Assembly (NCBI GenBank): GCA_963706325.1
Contig: CAVPLT010000001.1
Location: 1,183,703 to 1,247,702, forward strand
Source of the DNA: an uncultured Nitrospiraceae bacterium
Lineage (GTDB): Bacteria > Nitrospirota > Nitrospiria > Nitrospirales > Nitrospiraceae
Reading direction: 5' to 3'
Length of the DNA stretch: 64,000 bases
The translations under genes were made by a program, and so were the position numbers. The notes beneath the pieces were generated by a model, which was given only the letters and a program-made list of their open reading frames with translations, ran no database searches and was not told the DNA's origin. This document shows positions 48,568-57,609 of this stretch, piece by piece. Numbering within the stretch: the stretch's first letter is position 1; every line of letters starts with the position of its first letter.

Positions 48568-50271
48568 ATGAAAATCTGGCAGCGCTGTGTATTGGTTATG
48601 TTCGCGCTAGTGGCGATATTGGGAGGGGTTGCGTATGCGCAGGCTCCTAGTGCGCCCCCCGTGGAGTTCCCCTACACCGGGAATCGCACGGCGGTATGGA
48701 TCGTCGCTCAACTCCACATTCTTTTTGCTGGGTTCATCCTCGGTGCCCCGATCTTCATCGTGATTTCGGAGTGGTTGGGATATCGAAAGCAAGACCCACG
48801 ATATGACCGGTTGGCTAAGGAGGTCACGAAAGTCACCGTCATTCTCTACAGCATGACGGCGCTCACGGGCGGGCTGTTCATCTTCGTGTTGTTGGCCACC
48901 TACCCGCAATTCACCACCTGGCTCATCAACCACTTCTTCCTGATTTTCGCCGTCATCTATCCGTTGCTGTTCATCGGCGAGACCATTGTGCTCTACATGT
49001 ATTTCTATACGTGGGATGCTTGGAAAGGTGAAAAGAAGGGACGCCATATTGCCTTAGGCGTCCTGCTGAACATCATTGGGTCCATCACCCTATTCGTAAT
49101 CGATGGTCCGACCTCCTTCATGAACACCCCAGTCCGGGCTGAGGGAGTATCGCCGGCTGAGTTTCTGGCTAGCGCTTCGCTGTGGGATAAGGTGTTCAAC
49201 TATAGCTGGATGCCGCTCAATCTCCATCGACTGGTCGGCAACGTGACCTTCGGCGGTTTCATCGCGGGACTGATTGCGGCCTATATGTTCATGGGGTCGA
49301 AGAAGCCGGAAGATCGCGCGTATTACGATTGGATGGGGTTTGTCGGCAACATGATCGGTGTGGGCGCACTCTTGTTCCTGCCGTTTATGGGTTATTTGTT
49401 GTCCTATGAGCTGTGTGACTACGACGCTTCGATTTGTCCCTATATGATGGCCGATCAACTGTCGATGTTCTTTGAAATGCAGGGTGCCATGGTTGGCCTG
49501 ATCTTCCTCGCCAGTAACTACTATATTTGGCTGAGTATGAAACGGATCGAGGGCGTGGAGCGGGTCCGGATGACCATTCTTGCGCCGATCGTGATGGTCT
49601 TGCTGCCTATTGTGATGACAAAGGTTCTGACCGACTACCCCGTGCCGGATGTCACGTCGTTGGCATTCCTGTTGCCGCTACTGCTGGCTCCAGTGATCCT
49701 GGGACGTTTTATTCCTCTGACGGTCTCGTCTAGCACGGTCATTAAGGTAGGCTTCTTAATGGTCGTGGTCGGAAACGCGATCTGGATGACGCCGCATGGG
49801 TTTGTGCCCACGGGCGCCAAGTTGGTGGCGGAGCTTGAATTGCCATCCGATTGGAATTTCCTGGCATTGATGCCGGCCAAAAATTCCGCAGCGTTTACCT
49901 TGATCTTCGTGACGGTGGTAAACTACGTCATTTATAACCGGGCGGTCTCGCAGGGCACGATCGTGTGGGGTAAGATCGATTTTGCTTCGCAATTCGTCTT
50001 GGTGTTCCTGGCCTTCAGTGCCATTTGGACGATGGGACTGATGGGTGCGGTTCGATCGTTGTTGCGGAAGTATTTCCACACCTACAACCTTCTGCCTGAC
50101 TTTACCGCCGAGTCTTTCACCCCGACTCTTGCCTATTCGGCCTGGTGGATCACCGCCATTACGGTGACCTTTTTTGCTGTCGTCAGCTTTGCCATTCTCG
50201 TGACATTGCGCCCATCCGATTCAAAGGGCCACGCGCACGAGGGAAGCCCTGTACCGGCCGGTGCAAAATAA
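48568..50271 (+). CDS. Cytochrome bd subunit I (CydA)-like membrane protein, paralogue 1
   Basis: 'AQLHILFA', 'GET..LYMYFYTW', 'SFMNTP', 'LHRLVGN', 'MG.VRS'; multi-TM; GAGGAG RBS. Confidence 0.85.
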   Translation: MKIWQRCVLVMFALVAILGGVAYAQAPSAPPVEFPYTGNRTAVWIVAQLHILFAGFILGAPIFIVISEWLGYRKQDPRYDRLAKEVTKVTVILYSMTALTGGLFIFVLLATYPQFTTWLINHFFLIFAVIYPLLFIGETIVLYMYFYTWDAWKGEKKGRHIALGVLLNIIGSITLFVIDGPTSFMNTPVRAEGVSPAEFLASASLWDKVFNYSWMPLNLHRLVGNVTFGGFIAGLIAAYMFMGSKKPEDRAYYDWMGFVGNMIGVGALLFLPFMGYLLSYELCDYDASICPYMMADQLSMFFEMQGAMVGLIFLASNYYIWLSMKRIEGVERVRMTILAPIVMVLLPIVMTKVLTDYPVPDVTSLAFLLPLLLAPVILGRFIPLTVSSSTVIKVGFLMVVVGNAIWMTPHGFVPTGAKLVAELELPSDWNFLALMPAKNSAAFTLIFVTVVNYVIYNRAVSQGTIVWGKIDFASQFVLVFLAFSAIWTMGLMGAVRSLLRKYFHTYNLLPDFTAESFTPTLAYSAWWITAITVTFFAVVSFAILVTLRPSDSKGHAHEGSPVPAGAK

Positions 50272-50310
50272 GTGGTCCCAAAACTGGAAGGGCGATAAAC
50301 GAGGGTACTC

Positions 50311-51117
50311 ATGGGAAATGTGATTAAGAAGTCGATTGTTGGAATCGTGATCGGCGGGATCCTGTTCGGCGCCACCAATGCATTGGGATTTCCGCTTGTG
50401 TTTCAGATCTTGTTTTTCGGCTATGCGATGCTCGGGACCGTCGTCTTTATTATTCTTGATCTTCCTCCGCTCAAGCCCTTCGGTGGCGTCAAAGCCGCGG
50501 GGGCCCTTATCGCCTTTTATGTCATCCTTTCGGTCGCTTACGTTGCGGGTGGGGCCGCATGGCCGCAGTTCGATCCGGAAGATGAGAAGGGCAAGATCGA
50601 CAAGATCTTGAAGCCTAAACGGGAACAGTATGAAGCCGGCAAGGTCGAAGTGTTGTTGCAGAGGGCCAAGGCATTGGACGAAAAGACGAAAGAGTTGACG
50701 GCCCGGTTGCAGGCCTTAGGCGCGGCTCAAGCTCCTGCCGATCAGAAGGCCGGGGGTAGCAGCGCGCCTACTGCCACGACTGCCGCGGCAAGCGGCGATC
50801 TCGCCAAGTTGGGCGAAGAACAATGGCAACTTCAGGAATGCTACAACTGCCACAAGCTGAACGGCGAGGGCGGAAAGAAGCGCGGCCCTGAGTTGGACAA
50901 TATCGGAAATCTTTTGACTGCAGCCGAAATCGCCCAAAAAATTCTCGATCCCAAGAGCTTTAAGGCCGAAGGCTTCGAGAAGGAATTCGAAAAAGGGAAG
51001 ATGCCTGATAAGTACAAGGACTTGATGGAGCCCAGTGATGTGCAGGCATTGGCGGGCTGGTTGGCCGGCTATAAGAACGCTTCGGTCAATACACCGAAGC
51101 CGATCAAGATGAAGTGA
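50311..51117 (+). CDS. Membrane-anchored monohaem cytochrome c
   Basis: 3 N-terminal TMs, coiled coil, CYNCH, 'GPEL', 'MP'. Confidence 0.88.
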   Translation: MGNVIKKSIVGIVIGGILFGATNALGFPLVFQILFFGYAMLGTVVFIILDLPPLKPFGGVKAAGALIAFYVILSVAYVAGGAAWPQFDPEDEKGKIDKILKPKREQYEAGKVEVLLQRAKALDEKTKELTARLQALGAAQAPADQKAGGSSAPTATTAAASGDLAKLGEEQWQLQECYNCHKLNGEGGKKRGPELDNIGNLLTAAEIAQKILDPKSFKAEGFEKEFEKGKMPDKYKDLMEPSDVQALAGWLAGYKNASVNTPKPIKMK

Positions 51118-52061
51118 GCATGATGCAGCCGAAACTGAAATCCAAGGTGCGGTGTTCGGACGGTGAAGTGGGGGAAGTGCGTCGGGTTATCGTGGATCCG
51201 CTCTCTCAGGAGGTGAGCCATATTGTGGTGGGCGGCGCGACGGTCGGCGTGGTCGAGCGGCAAGTTCCCATGGGGCAGATCCAGTCGGTGACTGACGACC
51301 TCGTCACACTCCGCTGCGCATCGGCAGAGTTCGCCGGCTTACCGGTCTTTAAGCGCGAAGACTATGTAACGACCCACGAAGTCGAAATCGCGCATCTCGA
51401 GGAACGGATCCATGTGACGCCGGGCGAAGTGTTGGTTCCGCTTCCTGAGCTCGAGCGCAGCGTCAAGCGGCGGACATTCTTCGCCAACTTTACTCATGCC
51501 ATTGGATTCCTGATTGGTCTACCGATCGCATTTCCAGTTTTGCGATATCTCATGAAGCCGATGTACAGCCCCTTCGATAACGAGTGGCTGAAGATCGGCA
51601 ACTCGGGAAAAATCAAACAGGACGATGTCGGCGTGCAGTTCAAATACAAGCGCAAGATCAAAGAAGCCTACATGCCTGAACAGGAAATCGATAAGAATGT
51701 CTGGGTCCTGAAAGCCACTCCAAAGGTGTTGGAAAGTATCTATCAGGGGAAGGATATGGAGTTCAAGGACGCGACCGGCAAGGCGCTGTGGACCAACAAG
51801 AAGGATGTCCCCTACATTGCATTTTCCGGCAAGTGTCCCCATCTCGGCTGCGGATTCAAATGGCGGACGCACAAAACGCTGGGGCAGGTCTTCCTCTGTC
51901 CCTGCCATTTAAGTATTTACGATGCCGGCGGCAAAGTGCTGGATGGGCCTGCGCCGCGCGGGCTGGATCCCTTGCCGATTAAGGTCACACCCGCAGGCGA
52001 GATCACGATTATCGACATGGAATTCAAGGCGGGCACCAAGGCCCAGGTTCGGATTGTCTAA
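51114..52061 (+). CDS. qcrA: Rieske Fe-S subunit of complex III with N-terminal PRC-barrel-like domain
   Basis: Rieske boxes 'CPHLGC' and 'CPCH', 'GPAPRGL'; N-terminal 'V.CSDGEVGEV..VIVDP....VSHIVV'. Confidence 0.88.
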   Translation: MSMMQPKLKSKVRCSDGEVGEVRRVIVDPLSQEVSHIVVGGATVGVVERQVPMGQIQSVTDDLVTLRCASAEFAGLPVFKREDYVTTHEVEIAHLEERIHVTPGEVLVPLPELERSVKRRTFFANFTHAIGFLIGLPIAFPVLRYLMKPMYSPFDNEWLKIGNSGKIKQDDVGVQFKYKRKIKEAYMPEQEIDKNVWVLKATPKVLESIYQGKDMEFKDATGKALWTNKKDVPYIAFSGKCPHLGCGFKWRTHKTLGQVFLCPCHLSIYDAGGKVLDGPAPRGLDPLPIKVTPAGEITIIDMEFKAGTKAQVRIV

Positions 52062-53176
52062 TGGATACGACCACGCAACCCACAACGACGCAGCCCTCAG
52101 CCATTGAAAAGGTCCTTGCCTTTGTTGACGAGCGCGTCGGCCTCAAGACCCTTCAAGCCAAGATGCTGAACGAGCCCGTCCCTGGCGGGTCGCGTTGGGC
52201 CTATGTCTTTGGTTCGATCCTGCTCTTTATCTTCATCATGCAGGCGATCACCGGCATTTTGCTGATGTTCTATTACGTGCCGACCGCCGACCATGCGTAT
52301 GCCAGTACCCAGTACATCATCCATTCTGTTGACTATGGCTGGTTTTTATTGGGGTACCATTTTTGGGGATCGACGGCGATGGTGGTCTGCGTCTTTGCGC
52401 ATATGTCGCAAGTCTTTTTGTGGGGCGCGTACAAGAAACCACGCGAATTGGTCTGGCTGGTGGGCTTGGCGCTGTTCGGCATTGTCATGGGATTTGGATT
52501 TACCGGATATCTCCTTCCTTGGGATCAGCGCGCCTATTGGGCTACCACGGTCGGAGTCGAGATCATGGATAAGACGCCGCTTCTCGGCGACTTCATGGCT
52601 CGGTTCCTCAAGGGTGGGGCGACGCCTGGGCAGATGACCCTGAGCCGTTTTTTTGTTATTCACGTCATGGTGCTGCCCGCTGCCCTCATGGGCCTCGCTG
52701 GGTTGCACGTGTTTTTGTTCCGCAAAGCTGGCCCTGCCGGACCGTTCCGTGGCACGGTCGAAGAAGTGAAGGCGAAGACCGACTATTTCTTTCCCCGACA
52801 AATCTGGAAAGACATGGTGGGCATGGCGTTGGTATTTCTGTGCATCTGCGCCTTAGCGTTTTGGGAGCCAGTGGTCCTTCTTGAGGAGGCCACCCCGGAT
52901 CCTGGCGATTACCATCCTGAGCCGGAGTGGTATTTCCTGTTCCTCTTTCAGCTCCTGCGATTAAAGATTTTTGCGGGAGAGTTCGGGCAATTCCTGGGCG
53001 CGATTGCGCTGCCTGGCGCGTTCATGGCCCTTTTGGCGGCGCTGCCCTTCATCGATCGTAGTCCCGAGCGAAATATCTTTAGACGGCCGATCGCCCTGAT
53101 CGGATGGATTGTCGTCATGGCGAGCATTGTAATTTTCACCGTGGCAGCCATCATTAACCGCGATTTTTTGGATTAA
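52061..53176 (+). CDS. qcrB: Cytochrome b subunit of Rieske/cytochrome b complex
   Basis: Four haem His (HFWGS..AH; H..14..H), 'GYLLPWDQ.AYW', 'PEWY'. Confidence 0.93.
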   Translation: MDTTTQPTTTQPSAIEKVLAFVDERVGLKTLQAKMLNEPVPGGSRWAYVFGSILLFIFIMQAITGILLMFYYVPTADHAYASTQYIIHSVDYGWFLLGYHFWGSTAMVVCVFAHMSQVFLWGAYKKPRELVWLVGLALFGIVMGFGFTGYLLPWDQRAYWATTVGVEIMDKTPLLGDFMARFLKGGATPGQMTLSRFFVIHVMVLPAALMGLAGLHVFLFRKAGPAGPFRGTVEEVKAKTDYFFPRQIWKDMVGMALVFLCICALAFWEPVVLLEEATPDPGDYHPEPEWYFLFLFQLLRLKIFAGEFGQFLGAIALPGAFMALLAALPFIDRSPERNIFRRPIALIGWIVVMASIVIFTVAAIINRDFLD

Positions 53177-53194
53177 GCGGAGGGTCTTGAGTAC

Positions 53195-54214
53195 ATGACT
53201 GGTCGAGAGACGATGTCGCCATTTAAGTTAGGTCTGAGTATTCTGTGGCCTGCTGCCTGGACTGCCCTACCGCTCAAGATGGCCTTCGCCGTGTTATTTA
53301 TGGCGATGGGTTCGATCCACCTTGAGACCAAGCTCGGGATCACTTTCCTGATGCTCCTCATGAGCCCCGTCAGTGTCTTTGCCTTTTTCATCATCTCCAT
53401 GGGAATGGGATTCCATTTCGGAGAAGGGACCGGGCTGCCATTGCTGTTCCTGATCTCTATTCCTATAGATATCTGGGCCCTGGGGCTGGTGGGACGAACC
53501 GTCTTTCTCGAGAACCTGCGCCTGGAGCCACCGGTCTCGCTTGGCCTGAGTTTGTGGGCACGGTTTGCGGTTGCGGGTGCTCTCTATCTTCCTCTCTTAT
53601 GGCTGATCGAAGGCGGTGTGACCGATATTGCCCGCTCGACGATGCAGTCTATTCTGGACATGGAGTCCCTCAAGCTTCCAGTTGCCGAACGAATCGGTTT
53701 GGAATTCACGGCATGGGGAAGCGTTTCCTTGATTGTTCTTCTGGCGTTGATGTTCATAGGATTATCGATTCTTGGCAAATTGGTTCAAGGTCTCGTGGCG
53801 TCGGCTCAACCGGCCAGCGACACCTATCAAGGGTTGATCTCGCGTTGGGATATGCTTCGCGTGCCGGCCGATCAAGGGCTGATGCTGACGGCGTTTACGG
53901 CCGCGGGGGCGGTGCTGAGCATCCTCTTTTGGTCCGTGCTTCCTGTTTCGACGCCGCATCCTCACGAATGTTGTAAGCCCTCGGAAGTCACTGCTGCGCC
54001 CCACTTCGACCCGCAAAAGTCGCTTAGTAAGGGAGAGAAAACTTTGAAGGATGCCGAACTGAAGATTGCGGCACTGGAACATCAGGCCGGTGAGGACGAG
54101 AAAGAGAAAGCAAAGGGTGGGAAAGACAAAGCTGGTGTCAAGGATGGTTCTGCGAAGAACGAAGGCAAACCCTCGCAATCAGGAGCTGGGAAATCGGCGG
54201 GAAGTGGCAAATGA
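53195..54214 (+). CDS. Hypothetical multi-pass membrane protein
   Basis: ~6-7 TMs followed by 'PHPHECC' and Lys/Gly-rich tail; embedded in respiratory operon. Confidence 0.75.
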   Translation: MTGRETMSPFKLGLSILWPAAWTALPLKMAFAVLFMAMGSIHLETKLGITFLMLLMSPVSVFAFFIISMGMGFHFGEGTGLPLLFLISIPIDIWALGLVGRTVFLENLRLEPPVSLGLSLWARFAVAGALYLPLLWLIEGGVTDIARSTMQSILDMESLKLPVAERIGLEFTAWGSVSLIVLLALMFIGLSILGKLVQGLVASAQPASDTYQGLISRWDMLRVPADQGLMLTAFTAAGAVLSILFWSVLPVSTPHPHECCKPSEVTAAPHFDPQKSLSKGEKTLKDAELKIAALEHQAGEDEKEKAKGGKDKAGVKDGSAKNEGKPSQSGAGKSAGSGK

Positions 54215-54242
54215 CATCATGGCGAATGACGAGGTAAGAACA

Positions 54243-56129
54243 ATGATGCACCAGGGTCCAATGGTCACAAATCAGGGGCGTCAGCTTGCCGGGCCTGCGG
54301 CCTTGCTGGCCGGATGTGCGGCGTTACTGGGACTGGCGGGGCTCCCCGACTTGGCTCTGGCTCAGGATTCCGTCGCGGCGCAGGCGCCGACCGCTTATCG
54401 GGACCTTCCCTATATCGGCAGCCGCAATCTCGTCTGGATCATCGCTCAGCTGCATCTCCTGCTCGCGGGATTCGTGCTGGGCGTGCCGATCTTTGCTTGG
54501 TTGTGCGAAATCGTCGGCTGGAAGTCAGGGGACAAACGGTACGACAAGCTGGCGAAGGAGTTCACCAAGCTTCTGACTTCGTCCTACGCCACCACGGCGC
54601 TGTTCGGCGGCATTCTGCTGTTTCTCCTGATCGGGTTTTATCCCAAGCTGATGGCGTATTTGACCGACATCTTCTTCCCCTCCTTTTTGGTCTACTGCGC
54701 GCTGTTCCTGGTGGAAACGGCCACACTCTATCTCTACTGGTATGGCTGGGACGCCATGTCGGAGGGTAATGGGAAAAAATTCCATATTTTCCTGGGCCTC
54801 CTTCTAAATGTGTTCGCCTTTTTCATTATGATCGTGCCGAATTCATGGGCGACATTCCAAGCCAGTCCGGTGGTGCTCGCCGAGGGCACTGATTTTGAGC
54901 GGGCCTGGGCCGCCACATGGAATCCTACATGGTGGCCGGTGAACGTCCATCGATTGATCGCCAACGTGGTGCTTGGCGGTTATATTTGCGGAGCCTACGC
55001 CGGCATCCGGTATTTGTCAGCGAAGAGCCAAGAAGAGCGATACCACTATGATTGGATGGGCTACGTCGGGAATTTCATCGGCGTGTTCGGCCTCCTGCCT
55101 TTACCCTTCGCGGGCTACTGGCTGATGCGAGAAATTTATCAGTACAACCAGCAGATGGGCATCACGCTCATGGGCGGATTCCTGTCGTGGCTGTTCATTC
55201 TCCAAGCCATGCTCATCGGCGTGCTGTTCTTAGGATCTAACTATTATTTCTGGCTCGGCATCACCCATCGAATACCAGGCTCGGAAACTCAGTATCGCAA
55301 GCCGATCATGGCAATGTTGATCATCCTTCTACTATGCCTGGCCGTTTGGATGACGCCCCATTCGCTCGTCGCCAGCTTAGCAGAGGCCCAGCAGATGGGA
55401 GGTACCCACCATCCGTTGCTGGGTGTATTCGGTGTCATGTCGGCCAAGATGACCGTCTCCAACCTGATGGTGCTCGTCACCTTCATGAGCTTCATTATGT
55501 ACTGGCGAGCGGGAAAGCAAGATACGGCCGGATGGGCTAAGGTTGCCAAAGCCGTCATGGGCGCAGTTCTCGCGCTCGCCGGCATCGCCGTCATTGTGCT
55601 CGGTGTCTGGGGATACTTCGTTCCGGCCATTATTCGCATTAACTACTTCTCCACATCTCAAGTGGGCATCGTCATTTTCGTGATGCTGACAATTACGCCG
55701 CTCACCGCCCTCCTTTTAAAGAGCGCGAAAACGACGACGGAAATGGTCTGGGGGAAAATGCCGCCTCGCGCCGGCTATGCCCTCGTGTTGAACGCGGTCA
55801 TGGTTATTCTCCTTATGACGTTGATGGGCTATGCGCGTTCTTCGTCACGCGTGCATTGGCATGTGTACGGCGTCATGCGCGATTCATCGCAATACGCCTT
55901 CTCGCCTGCTCTCGGTTATGCGGCGACCCTCATGGCCCTGAACACGTTCCTGTTTTGTATGTTGGTGGCCTTCATTTTCTGGGTAGCCACCATGGGGGAT
56001 AAGGCGAAAGCGGCGGCTGCGGGTGCAAAAGGCCAAGCCGAACCAGGCGGAATTCCGGCCATGGCAGGCGGGTCACCGGCCTTGGATGAACCCACTTCTG
56101 ATGCTTCGGTGAATCAGCGTCCGATCTGA
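54243..56129 (+). CDS. Cytochrome bd subunit I (CydA)-like membrane protein, paralogue 2 (His-rich; putative bd-like terminal oxidase)
   Basis: Colinear with paralogue 1; extra His: 'TPHS', 'GTHHP', 'VHWH'; start 54219 or 54243. Confidence 0.85.
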   Translation: MMHQGPMVTNQGRQLAGPAALLAGCAALLGLAGLPDLALAQDSVAAQAPTAYRDLPYIGSRNLVWIIAQLHLLLAGFVLGVPIFAWLCEIVGWKSGDKRYDKLAKEFTKLLTSSYATTALFGGILLFLLIGFYPKLMAYLTDIFFPSFLVYCALFLVETATLYLYWYGWDAMSEGNGKKFHIFLGLLLNVFAFFIMIVPNSWATFQASPVVLAEGTDFERAWAATWNPTWWPVNVHRLIANVVLGGYICGAYAGIRYLSAKSQEERYHYDWMGYVGNFIGVFGLLPLPFAGYWLMREIYQYNQQMGITLMGGFLSWLFILQAMLIGVLFLGSNYYFWLGITHRIPGSETQYRKPIMAMLIILLLCLAVWMTPHSLVASLAEAQQMGGTHHPLLGVFGVMSAKMTVSNLMVLVTFMSFIMYWRAGKQDTAGWAKVAKAVMGAVLALAGIAVIVLGVWGYFVPAIIRINYFSTSQVGIVIFVMLTITPLTALLLKSAKTTTEMVWGKMPPRAGYALVLNAVMVILLMTLMGYARSSSRVHWHVYGVMRDSSQYAFSPALGYAATLMALNTFLFCMLVAFIFWVATMGDKAKAAAAGAKGQAEPGGIPAMAGGSPALDEPTSDASVNQRPI

Positions 56130-56196
56130 ATGGGAAGATGATCTTTTTCTGGCCCGCCAAGGGTGGGCAGTGATCTTTATCCTTTGTTGAGGGCTT

Positions 56197-56817
56197 ATGA
56201 GCGAAGTTGTCAAACTGCAGCTAATCGGTCTCTGCGTCGTCGGCTTCGGTACCATCATTCTCCTATTCGTGAAGTCCCAGTTCGCACGGGTGATAGGGTT
56301 TGTGTCGATTGTGCTGGGGCTCTTTGCCCTGGTCGCACTGGCTGTTCCGCAAATGGCCTCCCTGCCGCCCGCAGAGGAAAGTATCAACATCGCCGATATT
56401 AAAACCCCGACGGATATGGCGACGATCGGCCAGAAAATATTTTTCAGTAAGGGCCAGTGTGCGCTCTGCCATTCGATTGGTCCGAGCGAATCGGCCCGTT
56501 GTCCAGACTTGAAGGGGATCGGCGCCAAGTTGTCTCGGGAATTCATGTTCGAGAGCCTGACGGAGCCGCAAGCCTATTTGTACCTGGACTACCGTCATGA
56601 AGGCATCCCGAAGGAATATCCCGCGCGAATGCCCTATATCAACAAGAACCCGATCGGTTTGTCGAAGAACGAAATCCTTTCGGTCATCGCATTCCTGCAA
56701 CAGATGAGCGGTGAGCCGATCAGCGTGAACCCATCTGAATTGGATCTGCCGCGCGCGACGCCGGCGCCGGTCAAGGCCGCGGATGCCGGTTCCGTCGCTG
56801 TGGCGCAGGTTCGATAG
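56197..56817 (+). CDS. Membrane-anchored monohaem cytochrome c
   Basis: Two N-terminal TMs, CALCH, 'CPDL', 'RMP'. Confidence 0.88.
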   Translation: MSEVVKLQLIGLCVVGFGTIILLFVKSQFARVIGFVSIVLGLFALVALAVPQMASLPPAEESINIADIKTPTDMATIGQKIFFSKGQCALCHSIGPSESARCPDLKGIGAKLSREFMFESLTEPQAYLYLDYRHEGIPKEYPARMPYINKNPIGLSKNEILSVIAFLQQMSGEPISVNPSELDLPRATPAPVKAADAGSVAVAQVR

Positions 56818-56843
56818 CTGTCGGCGAAGTAGAGGAGGAAGAT

Positions 56844-57569
56844 ATGGGAGGCGTACTCATCAGGCCGATTATTCTTACGGTCTTCATTTATCTCTTTTTG
56901 AAGTTTATCGTCCCTAATCTACCGCATTCCGCCCCCTTACCCTCGAGCTTGATCTTCCTGTATTTGATGCTCACTACTGCGGGGATCGTGATTTTCGCGA
57001 CGCTGAGCGGCGCATCGAAAGACGCTTTCTTCGGTCCGATCTTCAGATTTCTAACCGGAGAAGGGGGAGGAGCTCTCAGCAGTGCGCGATACCTAGTGTT
57101 GGCGTTGTTCCCCTTGCTCGTCGGCTGGCAGACCTACGGGAGCACCGCGTCAAGTGATGCGCCTCCGGCGGAGAACCGCACCATCCATCCAGCTCCTCCA
57201 GGCGAGTACACGGGCCTGTCGAATCCCGTTCCAAAGACGCCGGATAATATTATGTACGGCAAAGGTTTGTATGCTTCCCGCTGTTCACCCTGTCACGGCA
57301 ATTTCGACGGCAAGGGCTTTGCCGCGCCTGGATTTACCCCTCCGCCGGCTAATTTTAAAGATCCGACCACGATTGCCATGCTTCAGGAAAGCTTTCTCTT
57401 TTGGCGGATCAAGAAGGGTGGCGTCGGGCTTCCCGTCGAAGGGATGCCGTGGAAATCGGCTATGCCGCGGTGGGAACTTGAATTATCCGACGAAGATATT
57501 TGGAAAGTCATTATGGGCGAATATGATGGAGCCGGACAAAAGCCTCGCACGTGGGACGAGTCCGAATAA
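56844..57569 (+). CDS. Membrane-anchored monohaem cytochrome c
   Basis: 3 TMs, CSPCH, 'PPANF', 'SAMPRWE..LSDEDIWKV'. Confidence 0.88.
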   Translation: MGGVLIRPIILTVFIYLFLKFIVPNLPHSAPLPSSLIFLYLMLTTAGIVIFATLSGASKDAFFGPIFRFLTGEGGGALSSARYLVLALFPLLVGWQTYGSTASSDAPPAENRTIHPAPPGEYTGLSNPVPKTPDNIMYGKGLYASRCSPCHGNFDGKGFAAPGFTPPPANFKDPTTIAMLQESFLFWRIKKGGVGLPVEGMPWKSAMPRWELELSDEDIWKVIMGEYDGAGQKPRTWDESE

Positions 57570-57609
57570 TTTCTCCGATCAGAGATTGCTGAGCAACCAA
57601 GGGGAGCGT

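Noticed and set aside
48568..56129. Calling the two CydA-like genes canonical cydA, or the 56197 cytochrome norC
   Set aside because: No cydB or norB present and motifs diverge from canonical bd (no GRQPW); only family-level calls are supported
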